Assembly (NCBI GenBank): GCA_963761335.1
Contig: CAVXGR010000013.1
Span: 32,001-96,000 of the forward strand
Source of the DNA: an uncultured delta proteobacterium
GTDB taxonomy: Bacteria > Desulfobacterota > Binatia > HRBIN30 > BPIQ01
Reading direction: 5' to 3'
Length of the DNA: 64,000 bases
The notes below the pieces were generated by a model. The model saw only the letters and a list, made by a program, of their open reading frames with translations. It did not search any database and was not told the origin of the DNA. This document shows positions 48,375-56,797 of the stretch, piece by piece. Both the position numbers and the translations under genes were made by a program. Each line of letters begins with the position of its first letter. The stretch's first letter is position 1.

Positions 48375-48516
48375 ACCGCAGAGGCGCTGAGGACGCAGAG
48401 AAATCGGCCAGCTAAACAGTCCAAGGAGGGGTTTTCGCAACACCGCCGGCGCCCGGGGACAGAATTGATCCCTTGTTCTTCTCCGCGTCCACTCTGCGTC
48501 TCCGCGTCTCTGCGGT
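48375..48516. repeat. Imperfect inverted repeat family C (CGCAGAG..GC..AG motif) between convergent genes
   Basis: ACCGCAGAGGCGCTGAGGACGCAGAG at 48375-48400 versus the reverse complement of 48492-48516, ACCGCAGAGACGCGGAGACGCAGAG. Confidence 0.65.
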
Positions 48517-48628
48517 GAATCCTTTCTTCGGATTGAGGCGGAGCCGCTCTCACTACGGCGCACCCGAGCAACGCGTCGAACTCATGAGTCACCGAGCCAC
48601 TGGGATACTGAGCCACCGAGAGACTCTC

Positions 48629-50869
48629 TCACGTCGGGTCGACGTAGATCGGCGACGACCAGGCGCGCTCCTCGATGGTGGCCAGGCAATCGTCCGAGGC
48701 CGGGGTGCGGTAATCGCCGTAACAGGGGTGCACCTCGAGGCAGCGGCCGCTCTCGTCGAGCTTGCAGCGCAGGCCGCCGGCGTTGACGGCGGGGCTCGGC
48801 TCCTCGATGGCGCGCACGTAGTAGACGGCGCCTCGCGCCGAGTCGGCGTAGTCGGGATCGTCGAACTCCACCGTGCAGCCGTCCTGCGCGGTATCGCAGG
48901 TGAAGGTGCGCCACGGGTCCTCGATCAGGCCGGCGACCGGCTCGTTCGGACGCACCTGCGGGCGGATGCGCACCACCTCGATGCGGGTGATGCGTTTGCG
49001 CTCGTCGGAGGGGTTGTAGCACTCGCCCTTGCAGACGTAGCGCAGGCGCTCCGGGGTGAGCGAGCGCACGCTGTAGTCCGGGCATCCCGGCTTCTGCTTG
49101 AAGGCGCCGACGGCGCGCACTCGAAACTTCGGCGCGCTGCTCATCTGCACCTGGGAGCCCATCGGCGCCGGCCCGCTCGGGCCGTCCAGCAGATCGAACC
49201 ACAGCAAGATGCGATCGCCGCTGGTGCCGTAGGTCTCCTTGCGCTTGAGCGCCTCCCACACCGCCTCGCGGCTGCGGCCCGCGGAGTGCACCGCCACCAG
49301 ACCTCCGGTCATGAAGAAGGACGCCTGGCGCTCGGACTCGAGGGCACCGAAACCGCGCGAGCGCGCCACCTCCACGTTGACGCGCACCGAGTGCGCCACC
49401 GGCGCCTCCTGCGGTCCCTCGAGACGCTTGCGCCAGGTCTCGTCGCGGGCCCCCGCCGCCTCGGTTTCCCCGAGACGACCGAACTCCTTGTAGCCGGTTC
49501 CCGGCCGCGCCCGGTGGTTGTCGCTCGAGGCGATGATGCCGAAGTGAAAGTGCTGCGGGTGCGCCGGGTCGTCGAAGTTGGAGATGGCCAGGGCGTACTG
49601 CGTCGAGCCTCCCGGGCGGTAATTGAAGGACGGGATGAAGCAGTCCTTGCACTGGCCCGAATCGAGCCAGTCCTCGGGCTTGGCGCCGGGCACGGTGAGG
49701 CGAGCGGCGACGCCACCCATGGCGTAGTTCTGCCGCGCCTCGGCGGCGCGGGCCGAGCACTCGAGGTCGTCGGTGCCTTCGTCGCGGCAGCGCTTGCCGA
49801 TGATCTCGCCGGCGCGCCAGCAGCTCGGCAGGTAATCCTTGGTCGGCTCCGGGCAGTACGGATAGCCGTTCTCATCGAAGCGCACGGCGCGCCAGTCGCG
49901 GTACTGCTCCGAGTTGCCGTGGCCCGACATGATCTCGATGAGAATCTGCTTCTTGGGATCGTTCTCGGAGGGCGACAGCTGCTTGTCCCAGGTGATCCCG
50001 GGGGGTGAGTAGTATCCCCAGGTGTTGCCGTGCGGGATGACGATGGTGTCGAAGCCCCAATCGTCGAGCTTGTCGAAGAGCTCGCGCGGCGTCGTCGCCG
50101 ACTCGTAGCAGTCGGGCGGCAGCTGGCGCGAGTTGATCCCCTGCGGGCACTTGGGCACGGCGCGCACCTCGTCCATGAAGTTGATGAAATCGAAGTAGCG
50201 CTGGCGTTGTGAGAAATCGAGGAAGGGCACATACCACTTCATTCCGCCGACGGAGCCGCGCAGCGCGTCGGTGGCGAGGCCGGCGGCGCCGATGGCGCGC
50301 GCCGGGACCTGGTCGTCGGCAAGGTCGCGGAAGATAACGTTCTTGTGACCGTAGTGCTCCGCGGGGGTGGCGCCCACCTGGCTCCACTCCCAGCCGAGGA
50401 AGACGGCCACGTCGGGATTCGACGGATCACCCGACACCGCGTTGCACTGGCGGATGGCCTCGCGTGTCTCCTTCCAGCGCCGCGGCGTGGTCGCTTCGGC
50501 ATGGTCGTTGATCGACCAGAAGTCGAGGGCAGAGCAGAAGCGCGCGAAGTCGCAGGCGTCGGCCACCGGGTGGGCGCCTTCGCCCTGCACCATCGGCAGG
50601 CTCCACAGGAAGGCGTCGGTAGAGAAGGTGGTGTGCACGTGCAGGTCGCCGAAGAGGATCTGCTTTTCCGCGGGAGCACCCACGGCGCCGGCCGCTGCCG
50701 ACTGCGCCGTGTGGCGCTCCGCCAGCACCGCCGGCGGCACTGCCTTGTTGGTTGCCGTTCCGGCGCCGAGATGCTCGCCGTAGAGATGCCTCCAGGCGCC
50801 GCCGGCGTAGAGAATGACGATCAACAGCAGGACCGCCACGACCAGCAGGATTCGCTTCACGATCGACAT
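48629..50869 (-). CDS. DUF3604 family protein, copy 2 (N-terminal membrane anchor; divergent subfamily)
   Basis: GGAGGAGG RBS; FGDLHVHT, SINDHAE, GHKNVIF, IPHGN, SSDNH, KRKETYGTSG, EERAWSSPIY. Confidence 0.88.
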   Translation of the reverse strand: MSIVKRILLVVAVLLLIVILYAGGAWRHLYGEHLGAGTATNKAVPPAVLAERHTAQSAAAGAVGAPAEKQILFGDLHVHTTFSTDAFLWSLPMVQGEGAHPVADACDFARFCSALDFWSINDHAEATTPRRWKETREAIRQCNAVSGDPSNPDVAVFLGWEWSQVGATPAEHYGHKNVIFRDLADDQVPARAIGAAGLATDALRGSVGGMKWYVPFLDFSQRQRYFDFINFMDEVRAVPKCPQGINSRQLPPDCYESATTPRELFDKLDDWGFDTIVIPHGNTWGYYSPPGITWDKQLSPSENDPKKQILIEIMSGHGNSEQYRDWRAVRFDENGYPYCPEPTKDYLPSCWRAGEIIGKRCRDEGTDDLECSARAAEARQNYAMGGVAARLTVPGAKPEDWLDSGQCKDCFIPSFNYRPGGSTQYALAISNFDDPAHPQHFHFGIIASSDNHRARPGTGYKEFGRLGETEAAGARDETWRKRLEGPQEAPVAHSVRVNVEVARSRGFGALESERQASFFMTGGLVAVHSAGRSREAVWEALKRKETYGTSGDRILLWFDLLDGPSGPAPMGSQVQMSSAPKFRVRAVGAFKQKPGCPDYSVRSLTPERLRYVCKGECYNPSDERKRITRIEVVRIRPQVRPNEPVAGLIEDPWRTFTCDTAQDGCTVEFDDPDYADSARGAVYYVRAIEEPSPAVNAGGLRCKLDESGRCLEVHPCYGDYRTPASDDCLATIEERAWSSPIYVDPT

Positions 50870-51050
50870 ATATGCGCCTCCTCCCCGCGGCGCCCATAGC
50901 ACAGCTGTCGTGGCCGGCACCAACCGGGTGGAGGCCTTCAGGGGGGAAACTTGGTAGAGTCCCTCAACACGGGTAAGGAAAATCCCTAATTGACCCGTGC
51001 CTGCGCGGAGAGTACGAAGCAAGGCGTGGCAAGCGGCGGGAGGGAGAATT

Positions 51051-51206
51051 ATGGCCCCGACATACGCAGCAACCGAGCTACTTCGAGACGCGGGACTCTG
51101 GAGTGAGTCGGCTCGCAACATGCCCCTGATCGGCTTCGTCGCCGGCGGGCTGGTGAGCTTCGCGATGTGGCTCCTTGTTGGCTGCGCCGCCTGGGCCGTT
51201 CTCTGA
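51051..51206 (+). CDS. Putative small (51-aa) single-pass membrane protein
   Basis: GGGAGGGAG RBS before ATG 51051; C-terminal hydrophobic helix LIGFVAGGLVSFAMWLLVGCAAWAVL; TTGACC at 50990. Confidence 0.5.
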   Translation: MAPTYAATELLRDAGLWSESARNMPLIGFVAGGLVSFAMWLLVGCAAWAVL

Positions 51207-52556
51207 GACCCGGCGCCGGGCGCCACCGACGATATCGTCGGCGAGAGCGGCGTAGTCGCCGTCGAAGTGGTGGCCGCCGCTGGTGTGAATGATCTCCGCG
51301 GCAGCCAGGGCCGCATCGCGACACAGCGTGTCGTCCTCATCCTCTCCGTAGAAGCACTGGATCTTGCCCGCCTCGATCTGCCGGATCTCGGGCAGCACCA
51401 GCGGGCCCTCGTCGGGCGGCGCCTTGCCCAGAATGTCGGCGATCTTGATCTCGAAGGTGGCGGTGGACTCGAGCCCCAGCAAGGAGAGCTGTACCACGTC
51501 GCGGCGCACCTCCGGCGGCAGGCGGTTGTAAGCGAAGGGCAGGATGTCGGCCCCGAAGGAGTAGCCCGCCAGGATGATCGCATCTCTGTTCCAGCGCCGC
51601 TCATAGACGCGGATGATCTCGGCCAGGTCGACGGCCACCTCCTCGGGCGATTTCTCCCGCCAGAAGTAGCGCAAGCAGTCGACGCCCACCACGGGCACCC
51701 CGCGCTTTTGGAGGATCTCGCCGACCTGCTTGTCGATGTCGCGCCAGCCCCCGTCACCCGAGAAGATCACCGCCATGATGCGCCCGGTGTTGCTCACCGG
51801 ATACTCGACCAGCGGCAGGTCCTCGACCGCAGTCGACGGTGTTGGTGCCGCGAGCAGAGCCGGCGCGATCAGCGCCTCGAGGCGCGCCGCCAGCGGCTCC
51901 TTCTCCGAAGTGACCACCACGGTGGCTCGGGTGCCGGAGAGCAGGCCCTTCAGATACTCCGGCATCGGCGTCGGCGCCCCGAGGCGCCACCAGCCGGGCA
52001 GCCCGGAACGTGGACCGTAGCGAAAGCCGCCGCCGGGGACGGGGCTCGACGGTGCACCCGGACAGAGCGGGACCCGAGTGCGCAGCGCCGGCGCCGGATC
52101 GAGGCTGACGGCGCCGGCCACCGTTGCCGCCGGCGACTGGGCCAGCGCGGCGTACGCCAGCGTACCGCCGGCGCCGACGCCGGCCAGGATCGGCGAGGCG
52201 TAGCGATTGAAGCGCAGCTCCCGCTGGAGCGTCTGACTGAGAAACTCGACCTCGGAGAGCAGGTAGTGGCAGCCGTCGTCGCTGGCCGCAAGGCCGCGGA
52301 GATACTCGCCCAGGTCGACGCCGACGACCACGGCGCCGCGGGCAGTGAGGGCCGTGGCCGCATCGGTGAGCGGCGTGCTCCATCCGGACACGTCGGAGAA
52401 GAGGAACACCAGATCGTCGGCGGCGCGTGCCGGAATGTACAGCCGCACCGTCCCCATCCGCCCCGCCGCGCGTTTTTCCACGCGCGGCGGTATCGGCGCC
52501 TGATGACAGGAGGCGAGCAGCAAAATCGCAGCGAGACAGAGGGCGCGGAAACGCAT
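51078..52556 (-). CDS. acvB: AcvB/VirJ family lipoprotein (lysyl-phosphatidylglycerol hydrolase-like)
   Basis: Lipobox LASC; FSGDGGWRDID, GVDCLRYFW, GYSFGAD, CFYGEDE, GGHHFDGDY. Confidence 0.85.
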   Translation of the reverse strand: MRFRALCLAAILLLASCHQAPIPPRVEKRAAGRMGTVRLYIPARAADDLVFLFSDVSGWSTPLTDAATALTARGAVVVGVDLGEYLRGLAASDDGCHYLLSEVEFLSQTLQRELRFNRYASPILAGVGAGGTLAYAALAQSPAATVAGAVSLDPAPALRTRVPLCPGAPSSPVPGGGFRYGPRSGLPGWWRLGAPTPMPEYLKGLLSGTRATVVVTSEKEPLAARLEALIAPALLAAPTPSTAVEDLPLVEYPVSNTGRIMAVIFSGDGGWRDIDKQVGEILQKRGVPVVGVDCLRYFWREKSPEEVAVDLAEIIRVYERRWNRDAIILAGYSFGADILPFAYNRLPPEVRRDVVQLSLLGLESTATFEIKIADILGKAPPDEGPLVLPEIRQIEAGKIQCFYGEDEDDTLCRDAALAAAEIIHTSGGHHFDGDYAALADDIVGGARRRVSENGPGGAANKEPHREAHQPAGDEADQGHVASRLTPESRVSK

Positions 52557-52690
52557 CGGCGGAGCGGTGGTGCCGCCACGGCGGCGCCGCGATCATAGCG
52601 CGGCGGCAGAGGAGGAGAAATGCCGGCGGTGAGTGGTGCGCAGACGCCGTCTCGCCACTTCCGGAAGCGCAGCGAAGACGCCGCCGCGGT

Positions 52691-54085
52691 TCAGACGCGC
52701 CCCGGCGCAACGACGATGCGGCCCCGCATGCCGGCGGGCGGCGGCACGCCGAGCTCGTCGAGGATGGTCGGCGCCATGTCCATCAGCTGCAGCTCGCCGA
52801 CCCGGGACCCCCCGCCTTCGCGTCCGCCCTCGCCGCGGATGAAGATGCCCTGCCAGTCGTGATTGGCGTCGTCGGGCCCGATGTCGTTCTCGAACGTGTG
52901 AATCGTGCCGAGGCCGACGCTGCCAATGGAGCGCCAGGCGAGGTCGCCGAAGTAGACGATCAGATCCGGGGCAATGCCGTTTACCTGCCGATAGAGATCC
53001 TCCGGTCGGTACGCGCGAGAGCCGAGGCATCTGCCGCCCGCATCCTCGATGGCGGCAATGGCCGCGATCAGGTCGCCGCGGGCTCGCTCGTAGTCGCCGG
53101 GCTCGACGATGCCCTGCGGTTCGCGCCCCTTGACGTTCAGAAACAGCCGCCCGTAGTAGCCCCCCTCCGCCCAGGCGCGGGTGCGCCGCCAGTCGACCAG
53201 CCGCGCGCTCATCGGTGTCGGCCCCGCGGGCCGGCCGTGGAGCACCAGATCGCCGCGGCGAATCAGCCATTCGTTGAAACAGATGCCTCCCTGCATGGCC
53301 CGGGCGCCGTGATCGGAGACGACGAAGACCGTCGTGCCGGCGCCGAGGAGGTCCAGGAGCGCGCCGACCTCGCCGTCGACGTGACGGTAATAGTCGCGGA
53401 TGCTGCTCTCGAAGGGATTGCCGGCTTCATACTTCGGATGCAGCGGGTCGATGTACTTCCAGAAGCCGTGGTGGATGCGGTCGACGCCGATCTCCACCAT
53501 CATGAAGAAGTCCCACGGGCGCGAGGCGAGCAGATGCCGCGCCACCGCGAAGTGCTGCTCCGTCCTCCGATAGATGCGCTGCAGCAGACCGGCCTTGTCG
53601 TCGGTGCGAAAATCCTCGACGTCGAAGGCGTAGTCGGGCGCCACGCGCTCCACCTCGGCGCGGAGATCGGCGGGGTAGGTGTAGGGGCGCTGGCGCGAGG
53701 GGGTGAGGAAGCCGCTGACCATGCAGCCGTTCACCGGCCGGGGCGGATAGGTCTGCGGCACACCGTGGACGATCACCTTCTTGCCGGCGCGGGAGAGAAC
53801 GTCCCACACGAGCTCGCAGCGCACCTGCCGCGAGCTGGCCAGCAGATAGTCGTCGTAGGCGTAGCTGCGGCGGTTGCGGAAGCCGTACAGGCCGAGCTCG
53901 CCGGGATCGCGGCCGGACATCATCGACGCCCAGGCCGGAACGGTGATGGGTGGGTGGCTGCTGCGCATCTCCCCCCAGAGGCCTCGCTCCGCGAGAGCCC
54001 TCAGGTGGGGGAGGTCGTCTCTCCAGCGATCGAAGACCAGACCCGGAGCCGCGCCATCCAGGCCGATGACGGCGACCCGTCTCAT
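52691..54085 (-). CDS. Alkaline phosphatase superfamily protein (type I phosphodiesterase/nucleotide pyrophosphatase-like)
   Basis: VIGLDGA, PPITVPAW, DRIHH.FW, VSDHG, DDANH, DMAPTIL. Confidence 0.88.
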   Translation of the reverse strand: MRRVAVIGLDGAAPGLVFDRWRDDLPHLRALAERGLWGEMRSSHPPITVPAWASMMSGRDPGELGLYGFRNRRSYAYDDYLLASSRQVRCELVWDVLSRAGKKVIVHGVPQTYPPRPVNGCMVSGFLTPSRQRPYTYPADLRAEVERVAPDYAFDVEDFRTDDKAGLLQRIYRRTEQHFAVARHLLASRPWDFFMMVEIGVDRIHHGFWKYIDPLHPKYEAGNPFESSIRDYYRHVDGEVGALLDLLGAGTTVFVVSDHGARAMQGGICFNEWLIRRGDLVLHGRPAGPTPMSARLVDWRRTRAWAEGGYYGRLFLNVKGREPQGIVEPGDYERARGDLIAAIAAIEDAGGRCLGSRAYRPEDLYRQVNGIAPDLIVYFGDLAWRSIGSVGLGTIHTFENDIGPDDANHDWQGIFIRGEGGREGGGSRVGELQLMDMAPTILDELGVPPPAGMRGRIVVAPGRV

Positions 54086-54121
54086 CCACGATCGGGCCGC
54101 AGCGTTCCCGGCGATTCTAGC

Positions 54122-54856
54122 TCACTCGGCGGTCGAGTGACCCGCCGATGGCTGGCGCGCCAGGATGATGTTGCTCACCCGGCCGTCGCTGACGTCGACC
54201 CGCACCCAATGACCGTCGTAGAGCCCGACGTCGACTCCCTCGGGCGCCACGTACACCCCGGGCAACCCGGCGAGACTGAAGGTGCGGAGCGCCGCATCTC
54301 GGGCAACCAGCTGCCCCTCCATCATGTTGACCTGCGGCTCGGGGCGCCCGGCGGCCGCCGGAGCCGGCGGCGGCGGGACGGGCGGAGCGCTGGCCAGCTG
54401 GATGTTCTCCACCTTGCCGCGGTGCGTTCTGATGCGCACGAATCTCCCCGCATAGAGGCCGACGTCGACTCCCGCCGGCGCCACATAGGTCTGCGTGTCG
54501 CCTGCCAGGGTGAACACTCCGGCGGTCGGATCCACGACCTTGAGCTCTCCCTGAGCCACCATCTCCGTATCGGTCACTTGGTCGACGTGGATGGGGTTCG
54601 GCGTGATGCTCTCCACATGCCCGTTGCTCGACACGTCGACGATCACGTTCTTGCCATCGAGGGCCTCGATGTCCGTTCCCGCCGGCGCAGCAAAGGTGCG
54701 GCCCTCGTGCCCGACGATCCGGAACCGCTGCGACGATCCGATGACCACCAGCTCTCCCCGCAGCGTGTCGGCGCGAACGGTGGCCGGGACCACCATCGAC
54801 AGAGCGAGGGCGAAACCGATTGCCGAGATGAACGCGGCGGCTACTCTGTTTTGCAT
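54122..54856 (-). CDS. Secreted protein with three ~60-aa OB-fold-like repeats
   Basis: GGAGGAG RBS; signal; repeat consensus G.L...D.....F.L.G....Y.AP.G.D.....G..V.V....G.V..I. Confidence 0.75.
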   Translation of the reverse strand: MQNRVAAAFISAIGFALALSMVVPATVRADTLRGELVVIGSSQRFRIVGHEGRTFAAPAGTDIEALDGKNVIVDVSSNGHVESITPNPIHVDQVTDTEMVAQGELKVVDPTAGVFTLAGDTQTYVAPAGVDVGLYAGRFVRIRTHRGKVENIQLASAPPVPPPPAPAAAGRPEPQVNMMEGQLVARDAALRTFSLAGLPGVYVAPEGVDVGLYDGHWVRVDVSDGRVSNIILARQPSAGHSTAE

Positions 54857-55007
54857 TGGGCACTCCTCCCGTAGGTGGCGGCAGGCAATAGATATGCCAT
54901 CAGAGCGACACTGTTCCGGCGACGCAGATGGATTCAGATTTCACGATCTTCTCCCGCAGCAGTGAAAGAAATACAAGGGGGCGCCGCCAGGTCGAAGGCG
55001 GCGGCCG

Positions 55008-55787
55008 TCAGAGCACGGGCAGCGGCGCCTGCGGCACGGTGGACCAGAAATCCGGGTCGTGGCCGTAGAAGATGCGCGCCCCGGCACGCTGCAGGTCGCG
55101 CAGGCGCCGCAGCGAGGCCAGCATGGCGTCGCGGTCGGCGACGGCAGCCGGAAGGGTGAGTCGCTCGAGCGTCTCGCGCAGGTAGCAGGCGTCGGCGGCG
55201 AGCACGACCGGCCCGGACTCGAGCTGCACGCGCAGCGACTGGTGGCCAGGGGTGTGACCGTGCGTCGGAATGCAGAAGATGCGGCCATCGCCGAAGAGAT
55301 CGTGCTCGCCGTCGACCGCCAAGACATCGTGCCCCAGATCGTAGTCCGCCCGGTAGTAGTAGTTGGCGGCGATTTGCTCAGCATGGTGCCCGGCTTCCCA
55401 TTCCCGGCGCTGCACGATCAGCCGCGCATTGGGAATCGCAGCGTTGGCGCCGCAGTGATCGAAATGCAGGTGCGAGTTGATCAGGTAGCGGACGCGGTCG
55501 CGGTCGACGCCGATCTCCGCCAGGCGGCCGGCGACGTCTTCGCCGGCACCGAGCTCGACCGTGAAGAGATTCGCCAGCTCGCGGAGACGGCCGCGCGCAT
55601 CGACTCCGGCCGCAGCGTTCAGGCCGGTGTCGAAGAGCACCGCGCCGCGCGGGTGCTCGATGAGATAGGCCGGCACCGGCACCCGCAAGGCGCCGCTGGC
55701 AGTGGCGAGGAAGAGCTTGGCTGGAGCCGTGAGCCAGCCACAGGTCAGAGCGTAGAGCCGCAGCCCCGATGCGCCGCCGGAGATCAT
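55008..55787 (-). CDS. N-acyl-homoserine-lactonase-like metallo-beta-lactamase-fold hydrolase
   Basis: PVPAYLIEHP.G.VLFDTG, SHLHFDHCG, GHTPGHQS, ADACY, YGHD. Confidence 0.88.
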   Translation of the reverse strand: MISGGASGLRLYALTCGWLTAPAKLFLATASGALRVPVPAYLIEHPRGAVLFDTGLNAAAGVDARGRLRELANLFTVELGAGEDVAGRLAEIGVDRDRVRYLINSHLHFDHCGANAAIPNARLIVQRREWEAGHHAEQIAANYYYRADYDLGHDVLAVDGEHDLFGDGRIFCIPTHGHTPGHQSLRVQLESGPVVLAADACYLRETLERLTLPAAVADRDAMLASLRRLRDLQRAGARIFYGHDPDFWSTVPQAPLPVL

Positions 55788-55874
55788 CGTGGCGACTCTC
55801 TCACGACTCGGCCACAGCGTCGAGTCAGATCATCGCTCATTGACGCAACATCGGCGCCTGCGTAGGGAAAGCTG

Positions 55875-56729
55875 ATGCGGGGAAGCTCGAGCGGCGGCAT
55901 CGTTCGTCCGCCGCGCCGCCCGGCGGGCTGGCGCGCCACGGGCCCGCTGCCGGCGGCGCCGGCGGACCGGCCGGAGCTGTGGCCGCGCCCCGGAGAGGAT
56001 CTCTGCCACCTCGCCGGAGACTGGCGGATCCTGCAGATCGTCGGCGGGCATCGCTGGTCGCTCGATGACCTGGTCACCGCTTGGTTCGCCGCCGAAGCCT
56101 GCGACGTGACTGCCCCGGGGCGCATCGCCGACCTCGGCTGCGGCATCGGCGCCGTCCTCATGCTGCTCGCCTGGCGCTTCCCCGCGGCGCGCCTCCTCGG
56201 CATCGAAGCGCAGGAGGAGAGCGTCTCGCTGGCCCGGCGGTCGATCGCGTGGAACGGCGCCGAGGGGCGCTGTGCGGTGCAGCACGGCGATCTGCGTCAG
56301 CTGATCGCCGCTGCCCGCTTCGACCTGGTCACCGGCACCCCGCCGTATATCGCGGCGGGCGCCGGACGCGTACCGCGCCGGGCGCTGCAGGCGGGCTGCC
56401 ACATCGAGCAGCGCGGTGGGCTGGAGGAATACTGCGGCGCCGCCGTCCGACTTCTCGCTCCCCGTGGCCGCTTCGTCTTCTGCCACTCGGCGGCGCAGCT
56501 CGCCCGGGTCGATGCGGCGGCGGCCGCCGCCGGGCTGCACCTCGAACGCCGCCTCGAGGTCGTTCCGCGCGCCGGCAAGCGCGCCCTGTTCACCGTCTTT
56601 CTGGCGCGTCTCTCGGCGCCGACGGCCGCGCCCTGCGAGGTCCTGGAGCCGCTCGTGGTGCGCGACGCGCGGGGACAGCGAACCGGCCGGTTCCAAGCCC
56701 TGCGCGCCGCGATGGGCATGCCGCCCTGA
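55875..56729 (+). CDS. SAM-dependent methyltransferase (tRNA1Val A37 N6-methyltransferase-like)
   Basis: GHRWSLDD, DLGCGIG, GDLR, FDLVTGTPPY. Confidence 0.8.
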   Translation: MRGSSSGGIVRPPRRPAGWRATGPLPAAPADRPELWPRPGEDLCHLAGDWRILQIVGGHRWSLDDLVTAWFAAEACDVTAPGRIADLGCGIGAVLMLLAWRFPAARLLGIEAQEESVSLARRSIAWNGAEGRCAVQHGDLRQLIAAARFDLVTGTPPYIAAGAGRVPRRALQAGCHIEQRGGLEEYCGAAVRLLAPRGRFVFCHSAAQLARVDAAAAAAGLHLERRLEVVPRAGKRALFTVFLARLSAPTAAPCEVLEPLVVRDARGQRTGRFQALRAAMGMPP

Positions 56730-56751
56730 GCCCGCCGAGTAGCCGTTCTCA

Positions 56752-56789
56752 ATCCCTCCCCCGCGGCATGCCGCACGCGGGGGAGGGAT
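56752..56789. terminator. 14-bp hairpin between convergent genes
   Basis: ATCCCTCCCCCGCG and CGCGGGGGAGGGAT arms with a 10-nt loop. Confidence 0.6.
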
Positions 56790-56797
56790 CCCGGTGA

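Noticed and set aside
50870..51757. N-terminal extension of DUF3604 copy 2 (1042-aa ORF)
   Set aside because: It overlaps acvB in another frame; a GGAGGAGG RBS supports the start at 50869.
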